Source of the DNA: Saccostrea echinata
Taxonomy: Eukaryota
Direction: 5' to 3'
Length of the DNA stretch: 64,000 nucleotides
Assembly (NCBI RefSeq): GCF_033153115.1
Contig: NW_026889803.1
Coordinates: 15,004,001 to 15,068,000, forward strand
Each line of letters opens with the position of its first letter. Position 1 is the first letter of the stretch. Below, piece by piece: positions 39,440 through 53,200 of the stretch. A program made the translations under genes and the position numbers. The notes beneath the pieces are model-generated. The model did not search any database. It saw only the letters and a list, made by a program, of their open reading frames with translations, and was not told the DNA's origin.

Positions 39440-41975
39440 TTATTTACACCAATCTTTCACAAGAGGACCTCTGAACAGAGTCAGCATATTGGCAACAGTC
39501 CAAATCTGATTTATTGTACCAGTCATACTCAATGGGATGACACCATCAAAGAGATGGTATTCTTTGACCCTCCGGATATGTCGTTCAATATGTATTCTAA
39601 GCTTTGCAATAATTTGTGTTTGCTCTACTTCCTGCTTTGAAAACTGACCTTGGCTGAGAAGAAAGGGTGGGGCATTGACAGAAATACCTGTACCTTCTAA
39701 TACTTTGTTCAGCACAAACCCTTTATCGGCCATAATTGAATCACCTTCTTCCAGAAGATCAAGGAGACCAGATAATTTTGTAATTTCAACATCTGACATA
39801 CACCCTGTGTATAATGAGGACACAAAAGTGAGAGCTCCATGAGGAGCAATTCCAACAAGCCCTTTCCATGTGTGGGAACTTTTGTATGTTGAATAACATT
39901 TTGATCCAAGTGCTAGGGACGATGGACGCTCAGTTTTAATCTCTGTGCAGTCAATTATGACTCTAGTTGAGGGGTAAAACAATTTGAAGGACTGGGGCAT
40001 TTTTTCATAAGTTTGTTCCTTACTAGGCCAAATATTCATGCTGCCTAAAATGAAATACAGAAAGTTTGCCCATGTTATGATCTTTCGACTAACTGTAGAA
40101 ACATGACAATTGAATCTGACTCCTAAATCTTGTGCCATTAGACCACATTTCAGCCTGCATAGGAACATGAACAACTCGTCAATTAACAACATGCTTCTTT
40201 GTTTGCCTACATTTACCAGCTGGTTAGGTTTATCACATGATTTATAATAATAGCTTTTCATACAGGTTGCAGTAGGTTTGACATATTCAAAAAAAGCTAA
40301 AAACATAGCCATTGTTGCAAATCCTGTGTAAAATTGAATCATTGAATCGTCATTTGAAAACCGCTGAATTCCAAATCGTTCAACCTCAATCCTCTGCTGT
40401 AGAGCCTTTATTTCTTCATCCTTCTTCTGCAACAAACTTTCTAATTCTTGAATTCTCTCGATCTTTTTCTGCATTTCATCAGGAGGAGGAGAACTAAAAT
40501 CATGATTTTTTTTTTTTTAAAAATGAGACTCTGCAAAAATTATATTACATGAAAATAAAAGTCATACCTTAAAGACATAATGACCAGCATTCTACTGTCC
40601 AGCAGCAGTTGAAAGGTAAATCATTCAAAAAAAGTTGATTACAATTGCAAACTGAATATTATCAAGTCATCAGTTTGACAAAAGAATAACTTTTTCGAGA
40701 ATGATCCATGTTAAATATGACTTTGTAAAACATGTCCTGAAAAATTCAAACTTTAGATTGCAAGTCAATAAATATTCCATCAGTATGCATACATGTATTT
40801 TAAATAAAGTAGGCACCTTAATGACCTTATGCCTTATGTACTTTTTACTTCATCATTATTTTAAAAATCTATGTTTCTTTTAATATTCGACAGATACCAT
40901 GCATCACATGTCTTTTTTTTAAGCTTGTCTTGAACAATTCAACTAAAATTACCCATCCTCAATTAACATTGATGGAGTAGAATCCATTCCCTCATGTCTC
41001 ACAATATGATCCTCAAAATCCTGCTTCGGTATTTTCTCTGGAAGGATGTGTTTCACAATTGGGCGTCTAGTGTTGGAATCTGCCTTCCAGGAGAAAACCG
41101 AGGGGACAGATCCAGGTTTCAATGTTGTCCTCACTGGTGTCCATTTGATATCTTCCCTTTTAAAATGGCGAGAGCAGACAACTGTTTGATCACTTATCTG
41201 AATAATATTAAATGAATTTTACTCAATATTATTTACATGACATATATACTAGAAGCAGTTAACATTTTGGAGCATTTCTACATAACTTTATTAGCCTAAA
41301 CAAAACAAACTTGCATGGAAGATGCATCTAGGGATATCAGTTGATTAATGATACTTCATAACAAATACATGTAGCCTATGTGAATTTTTTTTTCAAGTTG
41401 AGAAACTATGGGGTATTAAACTTCACATGTAAAACACTGTCATTGATTGTTTTAATATTTAACTGTTTAACTACAGTAATAACGATTTTTTTTTTACTGG
41501 ACTTAACGCTTTTTATGATTACAGAAAGTTACGGTAATATTTAGCTTTTACCACCTCTATTAAACAGCTGATTGACTTCCTGGTTAACATACTCCACTAG
41601 GACCTACATGCCTCTGCATCATGATCAGATGACATTTCGATTTATAAATATGTCATTCCAAATGTATTCTAATAAATGTATGAAAATTATGATTAATCAA
41701 CTAATGGTAATATATTTTTGTTTAAATAAGCGCTGATCACTGATTAGTTTGCATCAATATTGTTTACGTGTTCTTGAAACATGTATTCGAAGGTCACTCA
41801 CAGTAAAAAGGGGGCCAGGGTCTCTTTTGATCGCTTGGATCCATGCCTTCCTCATTTCGGGCGCCTTTGGTATCCGGTGAAATGATAACTCTGGATGGAT
41901 TCGCCCATTTCCGTTACAAAATGGTACACAACAGTGTTTGTCGTGACCCTTCCCTTCCTCCTCTGACGCCGACAT
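39440..41975 (-). CDS. THAP, coiled-coil, HTH and DDE_Tnp_4 transposase (490 aa). Exons 41975-41802, 41197-40953, 40493-39440
   Basis: THAP CCVPFC...W...VCSRHF...LKPGSVPS. Catalytic motifs IIDCTE, MADKGF, RIHIER. Phase-consistent junctions, no stops. Confidence 0.9.
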
Positions 41976-42509
41976 TTTGTTTACATTTTACCGACCTTAG
42001 CCTCGTTTTCGATTTTTCAGCGCGACTTATGAATATTCTTTGAAAATGGAGTATTGCGGTGCAACGCAGACAAAGAAGAGTTGCTTGTACTGCAGACACG
42101 TTGACAAGTTTCCATTCAAACTCTGACTCGAGATATTTGTGACCAGGGCAGAACACTCAATTGCTCATATGTTTCAAGGTCGAGTTTCAAAGATATAAGT
42201 GCGTGTCCAAAACATAACATTTCTGTTAAAAGTGCATAGAAGCTTGCAGGTTGCACATGAAGAATGGGACGCTTCGGAAAGATCAATTAGACATTGTCAA
42301 GGGACTACACAGAAATCTTTCCTATAAATTTCATGTTTGATATCAGTAATGTTTTATTTTAGTCAATGTCAATAAAAGTGCGTTGAACTATGTACAATCA
42401 GTTGACTTGATTTTAAGAATTTAAAGAATAATCCTTAAAATTGGACCGATAGGTCTACGTTGCTAGTGTCCGTGCACCAGTTAAGGGGTAGTGGCATGTG
42501 TATAGAATT

Positions 42510-42991
42510 TTTTTATGCCCCCGTAATCGAAGATACGGGGGCATATAGTTTTTGTCCTATCCGTCCGTCTGGCTAGCTGTCTGTTTGTCCGCAGCAACTT
42601 TAACTTTGGCCATAACTTTTGATTGGTTGGACCTATGGCTTTCATATTTCACGTGTATTTCTTGTGACAAGACCCTTCTTTGGGCACCAATATATTTGAC
42701 CTCTTGACCTTGGAGTCTGACCCACTTTCGCAAAATTTTACCACGCTTTAACCTTGGATATAACTTTTGAATGGTCGGTGATAGAGCTTTCATACTTCAC
42801 AAGTGTATTCCTTGTGATAAGACCTTTCCTTGGATACAAACATTTTTGACCTCTTGACCTTGGAGTTTGGCCCACTGTACAAAACTAACCTTGGCCATAA
42901 CTTTTGAACGGTTTGTTCTTGGGCTTTCGTATTTCACAGATGTATTCCTTGTGATAAGATCTTCCTTTGGGTACCAACACTTTTGGCCCTT

Positions 42992-43022
<31 letters not shown>

Positions 43023-43365
43023 GAAAAACTTTAACCTTGGCCATAACTTTTGAATGGTTGGTACTAGGGCTTTCATATGTCACATGTGTATTCCTTGTTA
43101 CAAGACCTTCCCTTTAGTACCAACAAACCTTGACCTTTGAGTTTGACCTACTTTTGAAAAACTTCAACCTTGGCTATAACTTTTGAAACAGTTGGTGCTA
43201 GGGCTTTCATATTCCACGTGTTTTCCTCGTGACAAGACCTTCCCTTGGGTACCAACAATTTTGATTTGTTTACCTTGACCTTTGAGTTTGACTTGCATTT
43301 GAGAAACTAACTTTTGCCATGAGCTGCCATACGGGAGCATCAGTGTTTCACAAACACATCTTTGT
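42510..43365 (+). repeat. HINE/Helentron-type element with ~5 satellite monomers
   Basis: 5' hairpin atgcccccgta...tacgggggcat, (gtcc)n microsatellite, repeated aaccttggccataacttttgaa...ttccttgtgacaagacc. Confidence 0.85.
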
Positions 43366-44243
43366 TTTTTAATTTCAGTATCAGAGATCTTTTGTATTTT
43401 TAAACCTAAATTCCTAGTTGAGCATACATTTTATCCTCATTACTGCAGTGATATGATTTACCAGGCAGATTGGTATTTAGACGATTCTACTGATTTTTTG
43501 GTTATGACAGTACACAGAAAAAATAACTGACCAGTGAGCCATAACATTGAAATTCTTCTGTAGAAAAAAAATACAAAAGGTATTTGATGCAGAAAATTCA
43601 TGAAAAAATATATATAATATTTATGCTGTATCCTTTGCAGCCATTAGTGCCTATAGTGTTATGTACATAGAGACCCAAGTCCAAGAATTGAACTAGACTT
43701 TGTTAGTCTTAATGGACTTAATGTTACAATATGGCATATCCAGATGAGAAAGAACATAAACCAAGGAAAAACAATGTGCATCTTTCACCAGATCCACCTC
43801 AAAATCTAGACGATTATATTTATACTGTCTGGGTACTCATTTCAATGAGATGCATATCTTTGAGCAAATTGGCGAATCCTTTCCGTCTTTTAGTCCCTGA
43901 TCAATGTTTGCAAAAAAAAAAAAAAACAGTAAAGGTGCAGTACTTCTAGTACACACTTTTCCTTTGATGTTTTACATCTATTCACATCTTTCTGAGAGAT
44001 CCTGCATACAAACATGAATGATCTAACATACATGTACACTTTATACTGGTGCAAATTCATTTACATATCCGTGGTATCCGATATATAAACCGTAATAAAT
44101 AGTTAACAAATACCTATGCGTTGTACTTTCAAATCATTTATTAGTGTCTTTTTATAATTTTTCTCTCATTTAAACATACATACACATAAGTATACACACA
44201 CAAACCACACTCTCTCACCCTCTCTCTTTTGAAATCCTTGTTT

Positions 44244-47200
44244 TCAGACTTTCTTCATTGGATGTATTCCCAGAAGTTTTAGCGAATTTGAAAGTGTCTG
44301 TCTGGCACAGAAAAACAGAAGGTAACGAACCTATAAGGAGAAGAAAATATGAGAAAAATTATATTTTTTGTACTCTTTGTGCCAAATGTATACATTCACT
44401 AAGACTTCTAAAATGTGGAACTGTTTAACTGAAAATCATACTGGATGCAGAGAATGTGACTCTGAATGCCTACTAAGATGAAACTAACATATGACTGTAT
44501 GGGAACATGAATAAATTTATAAATAAAAATGAATAAAAAATATCTGAGAATATTTGAGGCACCAGTCCATTCTGTTAGATGTTATTGTATATTGTAAGCA
44601 AATTAAAAATATTGATGGTCACAAACTGGTTTTACTTTGGCAGTTTGCAAACAACAGTCATGATAACTTGATTTTTCAGTCCTTGCTGGTCAGCTGGTCA
44701 GTACTGGTGTACTCATTATACCTACCTCCTCCTGCTCCTTAGATATACTCCTGTCATTTATCCTGTAGTTTTCATACGTCTTGCCTATTAGTGCTCTGAA
44801 AAAAAGAATGAAACTTTGCTGTTTTTAAATTTTCAATTTTAATAAAAACTTCTAAATAAAGAACCAGCGATTTACTCCTAGGAAAATGGTCAAAGAAACG
44901 AACAAATTACGAAGAAAAATCATTGTTGCTTACTGTAGATCACTAAATTTTTACGACACACCTTATTTTTGTGAGATCATAGTTGTTTGGTATTTGTAAG
45001 TAAGACAAAATTTTCACAAGTTTTGGTTATTGTTCTATATAATCTTAAATGATACAAAAACATTTACAAATATATGTGAAAAAAAAATTTTCATGAGCAG
45101 ACAGTCTCACGTAATTACGCAAAAATAAAGTTCTCGCAAATAAAAAGCAATTTACAGTACTTACATTGGGAAAGTACATTGCAAATTAAGTATTCAAGTA
45201 ATTTATCATGGCCTTATTAAATGATAACAATGTTGAATTGATGGCAACATAATTGAGAGATATACTAGAAATTTCAATTTATTTTATTTTAGATCCAAGG
45301 GAAGTCGATGCAGCAACACTTACTCTAGATATTCTGTGTGGAGATGACCAGTCACCAGAAGGCTTTACATGGTTTTATTCTTGTACTACATTTTTAGTAG
45401 GAATTTTTTTTTCTTAAGCACATAGATAAATTCACAAAATTTAGATATTAAACATTTTGACCAAAATTCTCAAAAATAAATTAGCCTAAAATTTTCCAAA
45501 TTTGCAAGAAGACTTTATACACTAGACGTTCTATGTAGTGACAAATGTATGAAGACTTACACTAGACATTCTATGTAGTGACGAATGCATTAAGACTTAC
45601 ACTAGACGTTCTATGTAGTGACAAATGTATTAAGACTTACACTAGACGTTCTATGTAGTGACAAATGTATGAAGACTTACACTAGACATTCTATGTAGTG
45701 ACGAATGCATTAAGACTTACACTAGACATTCTATGTAGTGGTGAATGTATTAAGACTTACACTAGACATTCTATGTAGTGGTGAATGTATTAAGACTTAC
45801 ACTAGACGTTCTATGTAGTGACAAATGTATGAAGACTTACACTAGACATTCTATGTAGTGGTGAATGCATTAAGACTTACACTAGACATTCTATGTAGTG
45901 GTGAATGTATTAAGACTTACACTAGACGTTCTATGTAGTGACAAATGTATGAAGACTTACACTAGACATTCTATGTAGTGACGAATGCATTAAGACTTAC
46001 ACTAGACATTCTATGTAGTGGTGAATGTATTAAGACTTACACTAGATGTTCTATACAGTGATGAATATATTAAGACTTACACTAGATGTTCTATGTGGTG
46101 ATGAATGTATTGAGACTTACACTAGATGTTCTATGTAGTGATGAATGTATTAAGACTTACACTAGATGTTCTATACAGTGATGAATGTATTAAGATTTAC
46201 ACTAGATGTTCTATGTAGTGATGAATGTATTAAGATGTATTAAGACTTAGGCCAAAATTAAAAAATTGTTGTTTGCCCTTTTCTGACCCAGATTTTTAAC
46301 AATGGGTAGGTAGGTAGAAAAAAAGTTTTTTTTCTTCTAAAAATCATACCAATAAGCATAAGTGCCACAATGCTCATTTGAGTCACTTTCGTTATTGCTG
46401 CTCTTCAAAAGGTTATTTTTGAAAGATTTCTTTTCTACATTCCCATGAAAACTTGTGGGTCCATCCTAGGCCCAAAGACCCATGACATAACCAAATTTAA
46501 TCTAAACTACATGGAGATTCTGAATATTAGTATGACTAATGTGGCCCTGCTATTTTAAAGGAAAATGTTCATGATTTTTCCCCTACATGCATGATTGTAC
46601 ATGGACAGAAGGCACTTTAATTTATGCTGCAACAAGAAAAAGGAATAGACATGTTTTCTGTTGCATGCCTAAAGTTTATAAGGTTTTGAGGTGGTTTATT
46701 TACTTTTTGTCTGCTTGTATTATTTTGTATAACCAAACACACAAAAAAATTTAAAAAGGGGGGGGGGGGAGTAGAAATTAGAAAAAAAAACATGTATAGG
46801 GCTTTTTTTTTTTCTATGGAAAATAATATATCAAGCGTATCATGAATTTTAAAAATTTATATGTAAAAAATGACGTAAATCATATATCTGGCTTAGAAAC
46901 ATTGAACCTGCGGGTATCAACTTTAAAGTTTGAACAACATCATTTAATGTATTTGACTTGATATTCTGTGTTTCCAATCCCATTTCTCATCCAACTTTCA
47001 AGTTTTAGTACATTTATGTAAGTTGACAATGTATTTGAAGGTAAAATCAGCAGCCTTGTTTCCCTCATCAACAATGTTTTTTTCTACTTTCGGTTTTAAA
47101 AATCACCTCCACTTTTGACAATGATTATAAATTTCTTTAATGTTTGCTGTCTCTTACAAATTATGCTTAAATTCTATTCTCAGTCTTCATTTTCTATTCC

Positions 47201-50200
47201 CTATTACATGTACTACTTTTGTCAGCTGTGTGCGTTCAAGCGAGAAGTGATTTCCTGTACAGTTCACACCCTGAATTGACACCTTTGCATGTCTAATGCC
47301 GTATTGCTGCATGCACTGAATAAAGAAAGCTAGTCTAGGAATAACACAGAATTCACCAATTACATTTTATTTTTAATGCTACTAATCAAAGCATCTAAAT
47401 GACCTTAAAGAAGTTTGTAATCAGATAACAACAAACTGGTTTGAAATTATTCATATAAAAAAAATTTGTAAATGAAAAGAGCAATAAAATATTTTGAGTC
47501 GGGCGAATTTTTCTGGGTCGGTCGGCTGAGGGCAAACAAACAATATTTTGATTTAGGCCTTACACTAGACGTTCTATGTAGAGATGAATGTATTAAGACT
47601 TACACTAGACATTCTATGTAGTGATGAATGTATTAAGACTTACACTAAATGTTCTATGTAGTGATGAATGCAATATGACTGGCTCTGACTCACACCTTCA
47701 TGTATAACTTCCTCCAACCTAAAAGTATATCAAAAAACACATTATACAAACTCAAATTACTCACAAATGATTTAAAATTTGTTCCCCATGAAAATTAGCT
47801 TTCAATTCCACTGCAGTCATTTTTTTAACCACAAAAATGACATGGCTTAATAATTCAATAGCAAAATATTGCCCATTTCAAAAAAGAAAGTGAAAAATTG
47901 GAAATCCCTCTGTTGTTTTGACTTGTAATACATCTGATGAAAAGAATAAAAACTCCTTATCAAAGGTATATAAATCTAACTCTTACACAAAAGCAACAAG
48001 ATGGGAGGAGGGGGGGTATAAATGGGGGGGGTTGTTAAGAATAACATGTCTCAGTCACTTTGACAATGAAAAGGAACATGTGAAAAAGAAAAAAAAACTC
48101 GTTAACATTCTCCAATCAGGAGCACATTGTAGCATTTCATGTACCTGGCCATTTGTAAAACTAGCTGTAATGGAAGTGCTGAGATGGCAGCCTTATCATC
48201 ACAGCTGAGGTATTCTGTTCTGGCATCAGGATTCAGGTTTAAAGACATGGCAGGGTTTTCCAACAATCTAAAACGATTTGAACAATAATTAATGATACAT
48301 GTAATACATGTATTTTGCATATTCTACATCAAAAGATCCATGTTAATAATAAATAAATAAACTAAATAATTTTGACAATATTGTTTCTTTAATTTGTAAG
48401 CTCATGACAAAGATGAATGAGCAATTTTTTTGGTATTAAAGCAAGTTTTTGAATCTTTATGTTTATCAAATAGATTACAAAGATTTGCATGTACTTTGCT
48501 TTCGCATGTACACTTCAATTTAATCAAAGATTTGTATATGAAGCACTTGATTGCCTCTGTGATTAACATGTCAGGTATGACCTTTGACCTTTAATAACTG
48601 ATAATGACCTTGACCTGACTTCACTTGCATTTGCTCCATGTACTGGAATATACATACTTACATGTTTCATCTGTATGTAAACCACTGGATTAAAATCAAT
48701 GGTCAAAATGAAAGCTTTGATATTATAGCCCTAAAGTCTACAATTACATCTAAGAATAAAGCAAATTTAAAGCTTTTTAAAAAGTTTCACAATGATCAAA
48801 ATACATACTGACACAGTCTGGCATGACAGTATTGCACAGGGACAACATTTCCTTTCCTCAGCTTCCAACTCTTTGTATTTTCTAGATCCGACTTCCATTT
48901 GTAAGGACGATTGTGATTGGACCGTAAATCTGTGTAAATCAGGTGACTGACAGCCAATGTTTGGGCTCTTTGTTTTAGTTCTGCTGGGTCACAATCTGAA
49001 ATGATCACAAAAAACAATATCATTTAATACATTGCTTGAAATGAAATGAAGTATATAATGTATTTTGGATAAGGTAACTTTTGTATCCTCAATACATAGA
49101 TGATTTCAATTTCCACTCACTGCAAGTACATTTTTACGAATGTAATATAACCATTTCTATAACCTGAAATACAGTATAACCAATAATTTTATGAATTTTT
49201 CAGAATATTAACTTGCATGCAATTTAATAATATTCAGTACTTTGATTTACATACATATATAATCCATGGCAAAAAAAGTTGAAATTATGTAAACAGCTGA
49301 TCTTCATTTATAAATGTAAAAAAAAAATTCTTGTATTAAAATTCCCTTCTTCCTAGCTGGTTCACAAAGTGCATTTTGGGCACTAGTTTTAGGTACAAGT
49401 TTCATCGACATAACATTTAAGTGTTATTAAAATACCAAACAAATTAAAAGTATCAGTTTGATAGCATCAGGTTGACAGTGGAATACAAAAGGAGCCATAA
49501 GATGAGTAAACAGTCAACAAACATTGTTTCAGTTTTTTTCTTCTTTTTTTTTAATTTGCCAATGGACTAGGAATTATGGACTATTGAATTTCACAAGTTT
49601 AGTAGTCATCAGACCAGTGAATGTTTAGGGGAAATTTGAACCCTCTGAACCTGTAGCCAAATATACTGACCCTCTATGGAATACTTGTGGTCCGGGTTTT
49701 GCATGGATTCTAGCATGGTTGCTGACAAGTCTTCAATGATGTCCTTCAGCAATAAAACCTTTCCTTCCCTGGTGCTAAGGCCCTCAATTTCTCCAAAAGA
49801 GCGACAAAAGTATACACTGTTATGAAAAAATAACAAAGGTTAATTTTTTTAAGGAAAAAAGACATAGCATACACTTGAATAATTGTAAGTATTCATGATA
49901 ATTTTATTCTCTGTCCAGTTGTAAGAGTATGTATACACTTCCTTTTATTATTAATCTTATTTTCAAGATTTGAAAATGTCAGCAACAACAAAAATCAACA
50001 GTAGGCAGCAAAAATTTAGCAAAAATGTTATTTATAACACCTGTAATAATATTTCTTACCCTTTTCTCCAAGATTCTGAAGGTTCCAATATGTTCAGCAA
50101 ATTTAAGAGGTTTTCAAAGTGTCCAACTTGCCTTTGATCAACCTGCATTTACAAAAACTGGTATAAGTTTCACTTTTTACATGTACACACAAGCAACTAT

Positions 50201-53200
50201 GGCATTTAAAGAATAACTAAAACAAACTTTTCTTTAAATTCAGTATTGTTTACATACAACATACTGAAGGGCATCTACTCCATATTTTTTCTTTCTTTCT
50301 ATAGCTGCAACAAGATCTCTAAAAAAAAATTAAGAAAATGATAAAAATATGAAGGTAACATGTACTTACACTTCAAAACTTAACAGCAATGGGCTGTAAA
50401 AACCTCTTTACCTTGTCTTGATAAAAATTGTCTTGCCATTATTTTGATGTTTTTTGGCATGAGGGTGTATAAAGAATGCTAAAAGCTTGACTTCTTGGAT
50501 TAAAAAAATATCAATAAGCACCTTGTAATATACAGAGAGGTTCCATCTTTTTTCTGCAAAACAACTTCTTTTCTAACACCTGACTTGGGGCACTTGTACA
50601 CAGCAAGAACATGATCATCAGTTTTAGATCTGGAAAGGAAAATAATTCTACTTTAATGGTCAAAAGTTTATACCATGGACATGGGTCTCTCTTCAAATGT
50701 ATCTATATAAACATTTCACCTCACAGGGTACTCAGACATTGACAACATTGTCATTTCCAATATAAAATCACACATTTATTCATTCGTTTTGCAACATTGT
50801 TTTTAGGATCAACTTCAGATAAAACTGAAAGTGTATATTTTTTCTTTGTTCTAATTCAGTGGTCAGTTGATATACAGGGAAATTTTTGCCCGTTTTATTT
50901 TCGCCCCTTCTCCCTTGTGGCAAGCGGGCGAATTAAAAATGGGGCAAATGAAGAGGAGACAGCATTATCTGTTAAATACATGTAAAACTGTCTGAATTTT
51001 AAATGGGGTAAAATTGGTAAGAAGTGGGAAGGGCGAAAATAACACAGGGTGAAAATAACCCTGTATACAGCACCCCCTCTTAACATGAAACCTATTCTAT
51101 ATCATCTCTTTGCTGTGTGATGAACATGCCATGAAAGATTTGCAAATTTACATTCATTTACTTCTGTGAATTTGACCCTTACCTTTCTATACATCCCTTC
51201 TCAGCTAAACTATCTATAACATCTTGGCTTTTGTTGTAGTACATAGACTCTCCTTCATAAACATCAAATTCCACTCCTAGTACCTGAAGAATTAGCCAAA
51301 CTCGCTTTAAAAATATTGCTTATAAAAGGAAAATACAATGTATTCTGGGAACTCTTTTTATTCCTATGACCTACATGTACTTATGATACTGTGTTATTTT
51401 ACATATTATGAATAATCTACATGTTTACTTTGTAAATGAATCCTTAATCCATATATATACATGTATCTATCCTTATGTCTTTTAAAGGCATTGCTGACTA
51501 TTTTCCCTTGAGCTCTGCCACTTAATACCTGTAGATGGATGTATAATGGTGACTTCTTATCTAAATAATTCATGCTCTTAAGCCCCCTCAAAATACATAT
51601 AATGACATGTGAAAGAATTTGTACAGGATTTGGTCACCTAACTTGATTTATTTCTACTTCAACCATTAAATCTGAAACAAGTCACTTACTTTATAAAGTT
51701 TCGTATACTCGGAGATGCTTATGTCTCGAAACTTTTTCCACAGGTTCAAATATTTATCGTCACCTACGTAAAAAAAAAAAATTCTTAAAAATGATTTTCT
51801 ACTTTGAGTTTCATCCATCAGTCCTTATATAAACAGTGCTAAGTGTTAAAGCAGGTTCCAATAAAATTTGAGTGTCTACATGGGAGGAGCTTAACTTACC
51901 TTCTTCCAGCAGTTTGTTAATTTCAGCAGCCCTTGTAGTCAAGGTCGGGTCATTTTTAATTTCCTTATTTGCCCTGACATACACCTTTGGAAAAAAAATT
52001 ACAAAGAAAAGACAGATAATTGCATACTTTGGGAAAAAAAATTACAAATGAAAAGCCATGTTATCAAACAGTAGTACAGATAAATCTTGTTATGACTGAG
52101 AATGGTACTCAATTTAAATGGCAAATCCAATATAAGGTATACAGCACCCTGATGCATAAAATAAATATAATTCATTGCCCATACCATATTTGTACGAGGG
52201 TCATTCAAAAATACGTAGACATTATCCCTCATCATATTATTATTTTTACAAGATTTAAGATCAACACATTTTCATATGTAAAAACATTTATTTTGTCAAT
52301 GTGTGAAGTTTCATTCCATATGATTAAATGGAACTCCTGTTACTCAATTTTAAAAGCAACATGTTTTGTCACCACAGAGCACGCTTAACAACATTGTAAC
52401 GTCAAAAACAACATCGAGAAAGTTTCTCAAAATTACTCTGCCTTTTCATTTCACAAACGCTTTGTAGTGTCTTACCCATTCATAAAAACATATCCATAAT
52501 ATTTCGACACCTAGTTTACTTACAATTGTTCGAGTAGCTTAAGTTAGATTGTCAGACCAGTGTTTTCAAATTCTTTACTGCGTAACTCAGCTTTCACAAG
52601 TTCCGCAACAGTGAAGCGCACATCACGTTTCATGACGTTACTAACTCTTTTGACAGGATTTTTAACTATAATCTGTTTCTTCGCAGACCGTCCATCGTCC
52701 GATTCAAAGTCTCTACCACTCAAAAACTGTCTTATCCATGTATGCACAAATGCACAGCTCATTTTTGATATATTTCCTGGTTCCTCCAGCATTTTCAGAG
52801 TTTGTTTAGAGGTTTCCTGTATGCAAAACGAAATTTTATCGCTACTCATTGCTCCGTGACGTCCTTCGACGTCATCGTTTTTTGATGTTTTTAATGAAGT
52901 CTACCTGTCTTTAGAAATTGATATATTTTAAACGAAGCGATGTATTACGTTACATTTTAGCATCTAAAGTAATAGAACAATACAAAATTTGAACATTTAA
53001 ATTTTATTTCATTTAAGCACCATTTATTAGAGATATGACTATAGACATTATAAAGTGTATAATTAGTAAATAACTCAATTTTGACCCTACTCCGTGACCC
53101 CATTTTTGCTGTCTTAAACCTTTGATAGTTTAGATATATATCAAGATATATTTCAATTTTTTGACTCAAATTATTTTAATCTATTTTAAAAATATGTGTA

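Larger units (their letters stand above)
36622..42052. mobile_element. Full-length ISL2EU-type (PIF/Harbinger-related) DNA transposon, 5431 bp
   Basis: AT dinucleotides at 36620-36621 and 42053-42054. Imperfect TIR (17/24, ACTCC...GGAGT). Perfect 18-bp inverted motif 43 bp inside each end. Convergent THAP-DDE and YqaJ genes, the established ISL2EU gene pair. Confidence 0.85.

Noticed and set aside
35893-42438. Kolobok-type boundaries (TTAA-GGAT...ATCC-TTAA) for the two-gene transposon
   Set aside because: Only ~4 bp of TIR match. The transposase is DDE_Tnp_4/ISL2EU-type, and the AT-flanked ends at 36622/42052 are supported by the symmetric 18-bp motif.
45521-46249. CRISPR-like regular array
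   Set aside because: Units are contiguous 40-bp tandem repeats with no unique spacers, there are no cas genes, and the context is a eukaryotic intron.
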